The translations under genes were made by a program, and so were the position numbers. A stretch of 64,000 nucleotides of DNA from Protoeuglena noctilucae (Eukaryota), in the NCBI GenBank assembly GCA_958009085.1, contig OY253679.1:62001-126000 (forward strand), given 5' to 3'. A model generated the notes under the pieces. That model was not told the origin of the DNA and did no database searches. It saw nothing but the letters and a program-made list of their open reading frames with translations. Below, in pieces: positions 24,760-38,049 of the stretch. How positions within the stretch are numbered: position 1 is the stretch's first letter; each line of letters starts with the position of its first letter.

Positions 24760-27209
24760 CTACGCCCACACCGCCACCCCTCCCGCGCGGTCCCCGACAG
24801 CAACGGGGCCCTGCTTGCTCCACGACACGCCCTGCAGCGGCGGTACCCCCGCCCCGCCGCCCCCCAGCGCGGCCACCACCCCGCCCCTGGCCACGTCCCA
24901 TGCCACCAGCGCCCCCCCGTGGGACCCGCAGGCGAGGAAGGCGTCGTCGGGGGAGAAGCATGCGGAGCAGTTGCCCAGGCCCAGGCGGAAGTCGGCGTGG
25001 CGGACCAGGGCGCGGCCGGCGTTGAGCATGCGCTGGTCCACCACCTGCGGGGCACCGACCGGGGCACTGTTCGCCAGTGACGCCACGCACAGCGCAACGC
25101 CTCCCCTGCCCCGCCCCGCACTCGCCTTCACCGAGCCGTCCTTGCCCACGCTGCCCACCAGGGACTGCACGTGCGCGGCGCAGACGCCGTGGATGGCCAC
25201 GCCGGCACCGTGCAAGTGCTCGACCTCGCGCTCCGAGTGACCCGACCTCGCGTCCCACACCCGCAGGGCCCCGTCAAAGTGCCTGCGGGGCGATGACGCG
25301 AGGCCCATTGGCGTCCCCTTGCCTTTCTGCCGCCCTCACCGGCCATCAGCACTGCGCTCTCACACCCCGCAGCCTCACCCGGACACGATCGTCTGCCCAG
25401 TCAGGTCGGCCGCGACGCCGTTGCACGTACTGTGGCACAGGAAGGTCTGCCGCGCGTACCCGTTCCCCAGGTCCCACAGTTTGATGCAGCGGTCGGCTCC
25501 GGCCGTCACGGCGCGCGTGCCGTCTGCACCGACGCACCTGCAAACAACTAACAACCGGGCTCTGCAAAACTAACCAAGAGCAATCCATGCTTGGCCATCA
25601 CCCACAGGCAGGCCGGCCGTCACCTCACGTGCGTGACCTTGTCCTTGTGCCCCGTGAGGGTGTGCACCTCCCGCCCGGACAGGCCGTCATACACCTTGAC
25701 GCTGCGGTCCGCGCTGCAGCCCAGCACCAGGCGGTCGTCCGGCGTCCACGCCACGCCCATCACGCTCCCCGTGAGGCCTGCGGATGGGTGGCAGAGCGAG
25801 GCCCGCAGTCACGCACCAGCCGCCCACGCGCACCCGCAGCCAGCATGGCTCACAGCGCCCCGCTCTCCCTCCGCAGCCACTCGCCCGTCAGCACCAGTCG
25901 GTTGGCCCCAGTGGTCGCGTCCCAGACCTTGACCAGCCGGTCGTGGCCGCCCGTGGCCAGCGCGGCGCCCGTGGCGCTGAACTCCACGTCCCCACAACCC
26001 CCCTCGTGGGCCGTGAAGTGCAGCACGCGCTTCTCCGGCACCCGGTGCGTGCGCGTGTCCTCGTCCCCCAGCAGCACCGCACCCACGCCCTTCTCAGTCG
26101 CCTCCTTCCACAGCGCCCGCTCGCGCTCCAGCTCCCCCCACCGACGGGCGAGGTTCTGAATCGTGGAAGCAAATGGGTGCATCACCCTTATGACCTCAAC
26201 TGCAGCTCCCAGGAACCGCACCATGTCTAACCCTACTGTCTCCCACCCACCGCCCCCACCTGCTCCCTCTCCATCAGCTCGTTCATCTTGTCGGCCAGCT
26301 CCTGCTTGACCGCCACCACCCGCGACACCAGGTCGGCGTTCTCCCGACGTAGAGCCTCCGCCTCCGACTCCGCGCGCTCCCTCTCCCGCAGCCGCGCCTC
26401 GAGCTCCCCCGCCGCGGCCATCCGCGCGTCCCTCTCGCTCTCCGCCACCTCCTCCGCGTCCGACACACGCACCTCCAGGTCGGCCATCTCCCGGCGACAC
26501 GCGGCCAGCTCCTCAACCCGCTGCCTGGGGGGCAGAGGCGTGCGATGGATGCCATCGTAACCGGCACCTCACCCGCAGCGCCCACACGCGTCGCCAGTTG
26601 TGGCACACAAGTGGTCCCCCCACCTGAGCTGCGTTGTCAGGGCATCTCTCTCTGCCCGCGCTGCCAGCAGATCCTCGGCCTGGCGACTCTTGTCACGGTA
26701 GGCTGCGACCAGGTCCGCCTGCAATGCCGACAGGCGGCCCTCCAGCTCCTGGATGCGGGGCGAGCTCTGCGGGAGAAGGACGACGTCCAGGCTCACCTTC
26801 TTGCACAGCATCGCTGCATGGCGAGCAGCCAGTGAGCAGCAGACGCAGCACTCCGCTCGCCTTGGCCGCCTCGGAGGCGCTTGCCGCGTGCTGCCGCGCG
26901 GTCCTCGGCTCATCTCGCAGCTGGGCACCCGCCTGTCGCTCACGAGCGAGGTCACCTCCCAAAGCCACGCACTCGCGCAACAGCGATTGGTAGCTCGACA
27001 CCACCGGGTGCAGCGCCTGCTGCGCGGCGTTGCGGGCCGCAAGTCGGGCCAGCTGCAGGCAGGAAATGTGAGAGCGATTTGATCAACGAACGTGGGTGAA
27101 CGGACGAGCAGCGAGCTTCGTCGCGCTGGGCAGGTGAGCCGCTTTCCCCGCATATGCGCCCCAGCTGAGCACGCACCAGGTCGGCCGCGACCCGCTCAAG
27201 GTCTGTCAT
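24760..27209 (-). CDS. ATG16: Autophagy protein ATG16 (coiled coil + WD40), multi-exon
   Basis: Coiled-coil exons LQADLVAAYRDKSRQAEDLL and LRRENADLVSRVVAVKQELADKMNE; WD40 repeats AHEGGCGDVEFS..LATGGHDRLVKVWD, HTLTGHKDKV, HFDGALRVWD, SACFSPDDAFLACGS. Confidence 0.88.
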
Positions 27210-27392
27210 GGTCGCTTTCCACTGCGCAAAGCCGAGGGTCTCCACGCAGGTGTGAATCATTTGTCAAGCGTTCTGCCTGTGACGCTGCAAGCGAGGGCCT
27301 CCCCCTCGCGCGCCCGCGAACAGATGCCGCGGGCCAGGGCCACCCAGACGCATGTCTTGCGAAACCGCAAGCAACATCTGCGATTACCCGCC

Positions 27393-28875
27393 ATGGTCGC
27401 TGTGGGTGAGGCGTGCAGAGGGTGGACGAAGGGGCCTGGCTGCTGCTGGACGAGATTTCGCGCCACTCTGCGCCGTCCAGCGCGCTCGCAGGATGGAATG
27501 ACCTGCCCGGGGAGCTGCATCGCGAGATCCTGCGGCTGGTGCCCCTGCGCGACGCGACGGCAGCGCGGCAGGTGTCGCGGGAGATGCGCGACGAGGTGGA
27601 CGAGGCGTGGAGGGCGTGGGGCATCCGGGCCACAGCGGAGGACAGGCGGAGGTCCATTTGCGACCAAGTGCAACGCACTTCGGGATGTGAGCTTAACGCG
27701 GTGCTCGACTGCGGCCCAGCGGTGGTGTACGCGTTTGGCGGGTCCCACGCGCATCACCTGGCGAGCCTGGGGCTCGGGTGGCTGGCCCTACTGGTGGCAG
27801 AGGCGCCAGACTTCAACGGTATGACCTGGGGCGCGCGGGTCCTCGACCAGTCGCCGCTGATGGTGGCGGTGCAGGCGCGGAAGTCGGTGGGGCGGGGGGC
27901 ATACGGCGAGGTGGAGTGGGCGTTTACGCTGGGCGACGAGGAAGTGGCGCGGCTGGTGCGGGTGGCTGTGGCGCTGGGGGCGGACGTCAACCGGCGGCTG
28001 CATGGAGCACGACTGCTGATGACGTACTGCGCGATGCGGGGGTGCGTGGAGGCGGTCAAGGCGTGCCTGGCAGCGGGCTCGGAGGTGGAGGCGTTGGGAG
28101 GCGACGATGATGCGGAGAGGTGGACGGCGCTGGTGCATGCCGGACGCGGGGGTCACGAGGCGGTGGTGGGGGCGCTGCTGGAGGCGGGGGCGTCAGCCAG
28201 GGTACGGTCATTTGGCCAAGAGATCACCTTCGCCGCGGTGTGCTGGGGCCGTCCGACGCTGGGCATCGTCAGGCGGCTGGCCGAGGCGGGGGCGGACGTG
28301 GCTGCCGCCCGCGATGGACGCACCGCGATGCATAATGCGGCAGACGGGGAGGTAGTGCGGAGCGCGGGGTGAGCGCGGGGTGAGCGTCCAGGGGGACGGA
28401 GTCACGGAGTCCCTGCTCCATGCTGCAAGCTCCCTTGGCCGCGTCGACGCCGTCCGCGCTCTTGGTCGAGCTGGGCGCGGACGTCCATGCCCGGGACGAG
28501 GGACGCAGGACGTGCCTGCACTGCGCGACCAAGAGCGCCGGGGGGGAGGGAGTGGCGGTGGAGATGACGCGGCTGCTGCTGGCGGCGGGGGCGGACGTCA
28601 AGGCCGCCGATGCGCAGGGCCGGACGCCCCTGCACGTGGTCTGGCACGCGGAATGCGTGGACGTGCTGCTGGAGGCGGGGGCGGACCTGGAGGCGCGGGA
28701 CGGGAGGGACAGGACGCCAGCAGGCGCGTTTGTCTCTGCCTGGTCCCGAGCCGAGGTGTTGCTGCGGCTGGCCGACCGCGGTGCAGACCTGGTCAACGCG
28801 GGCGGGGAGGCGGGGGCGGTGGAGCGCAGAGTGGAGGAGCTGCGGGCCAAGCTACGCTGCGACCAGCACGGCTGA
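27393..28875 (+). pseudogene. F-box-like + ankyrin-repeat paralogue, copy B, multiply frameshifted
   Basis: Highly similar to 20769-22743 (WNDLPGELHREILRLVPL, GSHAHHLASLG, EEVARLVRVAVALGADVNRRL). Frameshifts near 27430, 28365 (duplicated GAGCGCGGGGT creating a TGA) and 28460; fewer ankyrin repeats. Confidence 0.75.
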
Positions 28876-29593
28876 CTGCGATGCCGAGCAGAGACGTGGC
28901 CAGGTGCCAATGCGCGTGGGTGAGAGGTGTGGGGCGGGGTACGTCTTTAGCTGCACGGCCAACGATGAATGCAGCGTGCATGCGGGAAGTGCAGCTGAGG
29001 GTGCCTTGCGGCTGCTGCGTTACACAGAGGCGACTGTGCCTAGGCATCCCCGGCCGCGCTGAAGCAGGCATCGGCTCACCGGTCCTCCCGCCCTTCCACC
29101 CCCCGCAGCCCAGGCGCATGCCTCGTTTTCTGGCCTCTCCAAGCATCTCCATCGTGGCGTGTGATTGTGCTGATGTTGCTCGTTGCTCTCCCACCTGGAC
29201 CATGTATCCTTGATGGCCTATGTATGCACTTGGACCGATTGGCGCTGTTGGGACGCTTTTCAAGGGCTAAAACGAGGAGCAAACATGGAGAAGAGATATT
29301 GACACGGAGCAGGCAATCACCAACATGTCACTTAGCGCAGCATACCAGCACATACACGGGTAGGGCATCGTGACAGTAATGGAGCTAGAAAGACGATGCA
29401 ACTGGATGCCGGCGGGTGAGAAATCACCACGTCGTGACCCAAAGATCTGCGATTGAATCATTCCTTTCCCTAAGTACAGTTCGAATAACCTGTGTCAGAG
29501 TGGCTGGCTGGCTGGCTATGCACCTCAGTGTCGCGCTGCGAAGCCTGACGACTGGGGCGGCGGTACCTCAGAATCACGAGGATCACGCCATCA

Positions 29594-32500
29594 CTACCGA
29601 GACAGGCTGAGCGTCGGCAGCAGCCCCGTCCGCGGGAGGTCTCGCGGCTGGGACCCCGCGGGCCCGTTGCTGAGCGGGCTGAGGGGCCCACGCGCGCCCC
29701 CATGCTCGCCCCCACCTGCACCGCCGTCCCTGGGGGAGAGCAGCCGCACGCCGCTGCTGCCGCGGCTGGGCCGCACCACCACGCCGCCGCCCGCCGAACC
29801 ATCCCCGCCCCTGGCCCCCACCGTGGCAGGCGAATCCTCCGCAGCCCGTGCGCCCTCATCCCCCCCTGCCACCGCGACCGATGCCATGCCCACCCCTGCT
29901 CCCTGGTCGGGCCGCGCCTGGCCCGAGGGGCGGAGCCGCGCCCAATCCCCGCGCCCGAGGCCGGGCTTCTTGACCAGCAGCCACACGCCGCTCTTGCCGC
30001 GACTCGAACGCCGCGCCAGCACCCCGCGCTCGTCCCCAGTCCCACCTTCCTGGCCCCGACTCAGCAATGCGGCCCCAGTGCCGCGGGCAGCGGACTGCGG
30101 CGAGTTGTCGACGCCCGACCCCGGCTGCCCGGCGTCCGTCACCCACGGCACGGCGGGGTAGGCAGGCGAGGGGCCCGCAGTCTGGCTGGGGGAGAGGCCG
30201 GGGCGAGACCAGTCGCCGTGGACCAGGCTGGGCTTCTTGACCAGCGGCCGCATGCCCCGCACGCCGCGCTCCGTGGACAGCCCCACCGCCTCGTCGCCGC
30301 CCTCGCCCCGACCCATCCCACTCCCTGCCCACTTCCCAATGTCCCTGGCTTCCTCTCCGCCGCCCTGCCGGCCCGCCAAGGGCTCGGTGCCCCTCTCCGC
30401 CGGCAGCCACATGGCACTGACGCCCTCCCGCACTCGGCCACCCGCTCCATCCCTGTGCCCGCTCTCCACCTCTCCCACAACAGGCAGCGCGCCGCTGGAG
30501 CTCCCTGCTCCCACAACACTCCCCCGCTGCCGGCCCCTTCCCCACCCCACCGTCGCCCCCATCCCCGCGACTGCCGCCCGCGCTCGCTGCACCATGCCAG
30601 ACAGAGGCCCGGGGCGCGCGCGCAGGGTGGCTGGCTCGCCGCCCTCCCTGGCCAGCAGGAGCATGCCGCTGCTCCCCCGCTGGGCCCGCGCCACCGCCCC
30701 ATCCCCGTCCCCCTCCGCTCCCTCGCCCCATCTCTGCGTGACCTTGGCCTCCACGTACCCCTTGCCTTTGTCAACGTGGCGCACCTCCACGTCGCCCTCC
30801 TCGGCCACCAGGGCAGCAGGCACGGCCGCCCTCCGCAGGGCACGGTCCCTCACCAGCCGCATCCGGTGGGTCCTCTGCCCATCCCTCAGCGCCTCCAGCC
30901 GCGCCTCCTCGGTCAGCCCCACGGACCCGCCCACCCGGGCCCAGGCCGGGGCACTCCCACGCACGCGCAGGGCCCTCAGCAGTCGCCCCTCGCTGTCCAG
31001 CCCCGACCATGAGATGGCGCGCTCCAGGTCCTGCGCAAACGCGGCCGCTGCCTTGCCAGGCACCCTCGCCGCGGCCCTCTGCATCTCCTCCTCGCTGACG
31101 AGCCACGGCCAGCCGCGCAGGGGCCGCTTAAGGACTCGGTTGGCCCACCGATTGGCGTACTTGGCGGCCAGCACGTGCGGGTCGCGTAGGATGCGGCGGA
31201 CGAGGACGCGGCGGGCGAGGGGGACGCGGCGGAGGGCACGCGTGGCAGCGCGGAAGAGGGGCGCGGCGAGGGTGGCCACCTGGTACACCTGGCCCACGAC
31301 CTGGGGGCATGCAAGGGTCGGGGGCGGTGAGGGAGGCGACGGGAGTGAGCAACAGGCGGAGGCAGGCAGGCAGTCGACGCCCACCCTCACCTGCACGACG
31401 ACGACAAAGGCAGCTGCCACCAGGATGTAGAGGGAGATGGCTTTGGCAAAGAGGAGTTTCTCCCGGTCGGTGCCCCTGTTTCTGACCTCGTGCACCTGCG
31501 CCGCCAGGATGCTCGTGTAGAGCATGAGCTCCGCCACAGCGCCCAGCGCGTCCATCAGCTGGTCGACCGCGCTCTTGAGGGGGGAGAATGCCACGTCCAG
31601 CGCCAGGCCCAGCGCGGACATGGCCGTGATGGCAAGCGTGGGGACCAGGGGCACCTGCGACTGGCCGCTTGCCGCTGCCGCCCCCATCAGCCCCAGCGCC
31701 ACCAGGCCGTACCCCGACCGGTACACGGCCGTCAGCAGGCCGCCGTGCTGAAGCGTCTGCCACCGCCGTGCGTCGGTCGCACGCGAGGCATCGTCGATCC
31801 CCTCCTTTTCCCCCGCCTGGTCGCTTGCCTTCCTCCGCGCAGGCGGTGGCACTGGCACCAGCACCCCCCGGTCCATGGGCGCGGGCCCCATGGCATCGAC
31901 GGCAAAGGTGGCCCCCGCGCGCACCACGGCTGGCCCCGCGAGGCCATCGAAGAAGACACTGCATGACTCTGCCAGGAAGCGGCCGAGGGGGGATGCGCCG
32001 CGCCACTCCCCCTGCGGCTTGCGTCGGAAGAAGCCGAACCCCGACAGCACGGGAACGGGCCATCGAGCCTCCCTGGCCTCTTCGGGTGTCACTTCGTAGA
32101 CCAGGATGCGCTCCTGAGGGTAGGCAAGGAGCTGCGGGAAGGGGCGAGAGGGGAAGAGCGCATGGGTGGGCAGGCACAGAGTTGCAGCCAGACGTGCAAG
32201 TGCAGGCAAGGGTGGGCGGCGAGCTGCGGGGAGGGGCGAGAGGGGACGAGCGCATGGCAGGGCAGGCGTGAAAGTGCAGGCATGGGGTTGCAGCCAAGCA
32301 TGCCAGTGTCACACCTGCAGGGCGGTGACGAGCGTGAGTCCGAGGAAGAAGACCGGGAGGGTGAGGGCCAGGAGGACCAAGGCGGCCACCAGCACCGCTT
32401 GCCAGGCTTGGAGGTTGAGGAGCGTGCCTGCGGCTTGGCAAGTCACAGGGAGAACCAAAGATGCGAGGAAGAGCTCTGGCTTGGGCCAGGACAGCATGGG

Positions 32501-34110
32501 GGGTGCCACGCGGCGCCGGCCGTCGCGCGGCGATGCCCAGGGGCGCAACCGCACGGGTGGCGGGGAGAAGGGAACGGGGGAGGGGGTATCGAGGGCAGTA
32601 GGGGGCAGGCCGTGGGGGGAGGCCGCGGGGGACATGTACTTGAGGGCCGATGGGCTTGCGAGGGACAGGCGAGCGCCGCCGCCTGGCCCTAGGCTGCTTG
32701 CCTCTGGGTCGGCAGGGGCGGCAGCCACGCGCATCGACCTCTCGGAGGCCAGGGGCAGGTACAATCTGAGCTGGGAGGCCGCGCGCGTGACGCGGTGCCT
32801 GGCGCCCGCCACGGCACCCAGGGCGCGCTCGAAGCGCCGACCCGGGGTGTCGAGGCCGAGGGCGAGGAAGGCGAGGAGGTGGGCGGCGGCGAGGCCAGCG
32901 CCGAGGGCGACGCACCAAAAGACCTGCCGGGCCGCCTGGCGCACGGCCGCCAGCTGCGCGGGGGTGAGGGCGGAGGAGGAGCCGCCGCTCTCGAGGAGCC
33001 TCCTGCGTGCGAGGGAGCCATGGGCAGGTGTGGCCGGGAGGCGGGATGTTTGGGCTCTACAGCGGTGCCAGGCCGGGTGGAGCTCGCCTGCCGGTGGCAG
33101 TGGAGCCCGCTATCGCGGTCGTGCCTCCCGAGGGTACCAGCGCGTCCGTGGGTGCCGGCCAGACCATGTTGAAGGCGGTGCCCACGGCGTTGGTGAAGTC
33201 GGACACGCTCGCACTCACGAGGGGAGGGAGGAGCGCGTGGCAGCCCCCCACCGACTGCATGGCTCTGCAGGGGCGGAGTTTGGCGAGGGCTCGTCTTACA
33301 GAGCCGCTTGCAGCCATTCGTGCTGCGCAGGACCACCGCATCATCTTGCCACTCACCCCGCCACGGCTGCGATGCGCGCCGCAGACACCGCCGACGCGGC
33401 CGCCACCGCACCCCCTCCCCCTGCGCCCCCGACTGCGGCCTGCACCGCGACGACCGTGGCCGCGACCGACGACGCAGCCGCGACCGAGGGGGCGGCAGCA
33501 GCAGCGACGGCAGCCGCGTTGCCGAGGGTCTGCCCGCTCACCGCTGCTGCCGTGCACATGAAGGACAGCGGTTGAGGTGTCGCCAGGCATGGGTTGCCAT
33601 ACGTGTCCTCCACGCTGGCCGATTCCACCGACACGTACACCACCTCGTCCGGCGCATGGGCCGTGACTGCGACCGTGAACAAACCCCGCGCATCGTCGTA
33701 TGCCGCGACGGTCCCTGCGCCCGGGCCCTGCACGAGCAGGCCGGCCTGCATGGCAGACGCGCCTCCCACGATGGGCTTGCCGAAGCTGAGGGTGGCCTGG
33801 GCGGTGCCTCCGCAGGTGAAGACGCGGGGCCCAGCCGCAGAGAGCGCCGGGGCGGGGGCGGAGGCGTCGGTGGAGAGGGTGAGGGTGCCGCCCACGCCAG
33901 CGATGCCAGGCGCCGCGACCAGGGCGGCGAGGGAGGGGGCGGGGCGCGACGGCGATCTGCCCCGCGAAGCCCGGGGGCACGGCGATCGTGAAGGAGGCGG
34001 AGTTGGGGCCGAGGGAGGCGAGGGGAGAGGACGACGTCGGCGTGGGGCGAGGAGGTGAGCGTGGCGAGGGCGGGCCACGCGGCCCGTGCCTGGGCCTGGG
34101 CAGCAGCGGT
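29594..34110 (-). CDS. Multi-pass membrane protein with extracellular Ig-like beta domains and TRP/PKD-like TM region; 5' part lost in gap
   Basis: Beta-rich ATLSFGKPIVG..FTVAVTA..VYVSVESASVEDTYGNP; then AAVAAAAAPSVAAASSV and about 7 hydrophobic segments (QVFWCVALGAGL, WPKPELFLASLVLP, YRSGYGLVALGLMG); long low-complexity tail to stop at 29594. Confidence 0.6.
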
Positions 34111-34310
34111 NNNNNNNNNNNNNNNNNNNNNNNNNNNNNNNNNNNNNNNNNNNNNNNNNNNNNNNNNNNNNNNNNNNNNNNNNNNNNNNNNNNNNNNNNN
34201 NNNNNNNNNNNNNNNNNNNNNNNNNNNNNNNNNNNNNNNNNNNNNNNNNNNNNNNNNNNNNNNNNNNNNNNNNNNNNNNNNNNNNNNNNNNNNNNNNNNN
34301 NNNNNNNNNN
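34111..34310. other. Assembly gap (200 N)
   Basis: Run of Ns. Confidence 1.
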
Positions 34311-34639
34311 AGGGAGAAGGAGAAGGAGGAGAGGAGAAGAAAAGGTGGTGACACATTGGTCAGTAGTAGCCGCCAAGCTAGCAGACTCGGATAACATGCC
34401 CCCCCCCCCCCCCCCATCCCGGCTCCGGAACACGGCGAAGGGGTGGCGGCTGCGGGGGAGGCAGAGGTGGGAAAGAAGAGAAGAGGTCCTGAGTGACAGA
34501 GATGGCCTTGAAGTAGACTTCATGGGGGAGAGAGGGAGCGTGGAGGTCTTTTGAGCATAGAGGCCGAAACCGGGGAGGCGAGGCGGTTGTGTGTGGAGTA
34601 GAAATAATGAAAAAATTTTCTGTTGTGAGTCCAGCCGAT

Positions 34640-35120
34640 CTCTACTCCACACACAGGCGGTGGTGGCAAGCCAGGGCGGAAGAGATCCTGTGGCTGGCGT
34701 AGATAACAATGCGAGCGGCCCTTGCCCACGCTGGAGCGTCGGGAGGATCAAGGAGCAGCATGGGGGGTGCACCTGGGAGCGGATGGCCCATGCGCCAGTA
34801 GCGGCGCGGTGATGATGGCATGGAGAGTCTCAGACCACAGAAGGCGCCGAGCGGGGGATCTGAGCAGGACGGAGCTGGCATGTGTAGCGCCAAAGCGGAG
34901 GAGGAGCGCAGTGGGGATGCCGCGGTCAGGGCAGAGGCCGGACGGGCCCACGGGTGGCTGAGCAAGGCATCGGTTGAGGTGTTGCCAGGAGAGAGGAGGC
35001 AGGGATTGGAAGACGGAGTGCCACACGACCTGGGCCGTGCGGCACAAAATCGTGCCGGGTCCGGCGACTAACATTGAAGTCGCCAGAAGCCGGTGCCAGC
35101 AGATACACAGGATAGGCACT
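34640..35120 (-). mobile_element. Possible second decayed non-LTR retroelement 3' fragment
   Basis: LCRTAQVVWHSVFQSL...TALLLRFG...RLLWSETLHAI loosely fits the post-zf-RVT pattern; weak. Confidence 0.3.
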
Positions 35121-35758
35121 TGCGACTCGGCAGACGCTCCCACGCACCCCACTCGCCCGCTTCCGAGGGAAGATCGGTCGCGCATTCGCATCTGAGCTCT
35201 GCCTGCGACCCGGCAGCCGCATGCGCGGCTCCCGGCGCGGACTCCCACCGAGCGCCGGGCGCGTTGCGCTTCTCACGTCGCGGGTGAGTCCAATTGCACG
35301 GTTCCGTGCGCGCGGGGGCGAACGAGGAGGCGCTGCGACCAGGAGGAGGGCGGTTTCGGTGGCCGTTTGTCCCTCCCTCCCGAGCTCGCCCGGGCCGCGA
35401 GCGGCACGCGCGAAGGGCCGCCCCCCGCTCCCTTCGTTTGAGGAACGATTTGGCGGGCCCGGGGGCCGCGCCGTCGCGCTGGGAGTTCGCCCGGGTGGCT
35501 TCTCGCCGCTCCCGGGCGCGCAGCGGGGCGCCTCGAGCGCCCCTCGCCGTCGCGATTTTCTTCTCATCGGCTGCCGCGTCTTGCGCGCGCGCCCTCGCGC
35601 GCCTGGCTCGGGTCGACGCAAGGCCACGGGTGGGATACAAGCCCGGACTTTTTGGGTCGCCGGCTGGGCGTCGTCGCGGCGCTCCCCGGCTCGTTTCCCT
35701 CGGACGGTGGAAGCCAGAGTTTTCGGGCATGGCTGGCCGGCCACCGCCGCCCGGGTCC

Positions 35759-38049
35759 ATGTCCTCGCACGCCCACCCGACCCGTGGCCCAGAGGCCTCC
35801 CCCGCAGGTCGCCCTCGAAGGGGACGACGAGCGCGTCGCGTCGAGGATCGTCGTTATTGCTTAGGTGAGTCGTCGGCGCGCTCGGCCAGGGGTGGCCGCG
35901 CTGCCGGCGCGGCGTTGTGCGTGCAGACCTTGCCTTCCCCTCGCGCCCCTCGCTCGCTGCGCGAGCCCCTGCGCCCGGTCCGCCCGCAGATCATCCAGGT
36001 CATCGCGACTCACATGTCGGGTGGCGTCTGCGATGCAGCCGTGGAGCGCCTCCTGCACGAGGCCCGGGGCCTCGGCATCCCGGAGGGCCAGCTGGCGCAG
36101 CTGATCGCGGGGCGGCGCCCGCAGACGCCGTCGCACGGGGGAGGCCCCGGCGCCGGGATGGACCCGGCCTTCGGCGCGCTCAGGCCGCGCTCCACGATGG
36201 CCGGCTCCCTTCCGCATGTGGGCACCCACCCCGCGATGGGCGGCAGCGGGGGGGCCCAGCCGCCCTACGCGGGCGGATTCGACGCGCCGGGGGCCTTCCC
36301 CGGTCATCTCATGCCGGGACTGGACCTGCGGGGCGTTGCCCCCGAGGTTCTGGCAGCGTTGCGCACCCAGGCGAGGGCGGGGACGCGCATGCGGGCGAGT
36401 GAGCGTGGCAGAGACTCTGCTGCGGCGCGCTGAGGTAGCGATTGCTCGACTCTTGTGCAGGAACAGGCGCCCCCGGCGACGGAGGGGTCCCTGATGCTGC
36501 TGCAGCAGCTGCTTGGTGGCAACGCGGGGTTCGGCCCAAGGCAGGGCGCCATGCCGTCCTACCCCCAGATGCACGTGGTGAGGGCAGGGATCGTGTTGGC
36601 AGCCGTACGTTGTTGAGACAGGCCGGCATGCGGACGATCGAGCATCCCCGGTCTCCTCTGTTCTGCTGGCGCAGGGCGGGATGGACCCACGCATGCAAGC
36701 CCAGACGCAAGCACAGGCACAGGCGCAAGCCCGAGCGCAAGCGCAAGCCCAGGCCCAGGCGCAGGCGCAGGCGATGCTGCAGGCGTGGATGGCCGCGCAC
36801 CCCTTAGCCGCCCTGGGCGAGCTGGGCGCCCCCCTGGTGGACCGTCGGTCGGTGGTGGCCACGGTGATGCCCGACGGCAGCACGCGGTTGGTGCCGTGGA
36901 AGAAGACGCGGAGGGGGACGCGGGGGGGGAAGAGGCACAGGCGAGTGTTTGCATCAGAAGCCCCGAGCGACGACTGTCTTGGTCGTGGCACGGTGCGCTG
37001 TGCATGAATGGTGGCCCCCTTACTCATGCCACGGCTGCCCCATTCGCAGGAAGGCCAAGGCTGAGGCGGAGGAGCGCGAGCGCGGCCTGAGCAAGCCCGG
37101 GGACGCGGGGGACGGCGGGCTGGGTACGACGCGCAATGCGTCGATGGAGGAGGGGCCGCCCCCGGAGCCGACCTGGCGGGGGGCCCCGGGCGGCTGGGAC
37201 TCCGAGGGGGACCCCACGCGGCTGCCCCCCACTTTCCTCATCGGGCGCGGGCTCTACCTCCCCGGCAGCGTGGCGAGCGGCGGCGCGGGCGGGGGCGAGG
37301 ACTCGGCCGTGTCCACGCAGGTGTACGGGGCGCTGCGGGGGCTGGCGGCGTCGGCGGACAGCCAGGGCGCGACCACCGACTGGGGCGGCAGCGGGGCCAG
37401 TCGCGGCGGCAGCGGCAGCGGCAGCGGGCAGGGGGACGGCGAGGACGGCTGGCGCGGTGCGTGGCGAGGGGCGAGGGGCCGCCTCGTCAGTCGGCGCGGC
37501 TGCCGGCGCCGCTCACGGTCGCAACTGCCGCGTCCGTGTCCCGCAGGTGCCGCGTGGGGAGGGTCAGGGCGGGAGGAGGCCCCCAAGGCCGCGACGACGG
37601 CGCGGGGGGCGGGGGGGCCGTCAAGCCTCCCTCCCACGGTGGTGCTGGGCCCGTGGGGCGCCAAGCCGGGGGACCTGGGCGCGGGGGAGCTTGCGGCGGG
37701 CGAGCCGGGCCGCGCGGGGCCGGCGGGGCAGCCGTGGCAGGGCCCGGGTCTGTGGGCGGGCCTGGCCCCCGGCGACGGCCTCGGCCGGTGGATGCAGTCT
37801 CAATCTCAGTCGCAGGGGCAGGGGCAGACGCGGTCGCAGCCCCCGCCGATGCCGAGGGGCTGGGGGTCTCGCCCCGACGACGGGGGTGCCGGCAACGAGC
37901 CGCTGATTAATCAGCTCGAGGTGCGGGGTCGGTCGACGAGCGATGGCTGCATGCCTGGGGGATCATGATACGGCGCGCTGCATCGTCGTCACCCTCTGCT
38001 CCCCTCGCTGTCACCGCAGAGCACTCTGCGCCTGGAGGGGTCCCCGTAA
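35759..38049 (+). CDS. Hypothetical low-complexity protein with (QA)n tract, multi-exon
   Basis: Exon-like frames IIQVIATHMSGGVCDAAVERLLHEARGLG, MQAQTQAQAQ.., WKKTRRGTRGGKRHR|RKAKAEAEER, with plausible splice sites; start uncertain. Confidence 0.55.
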
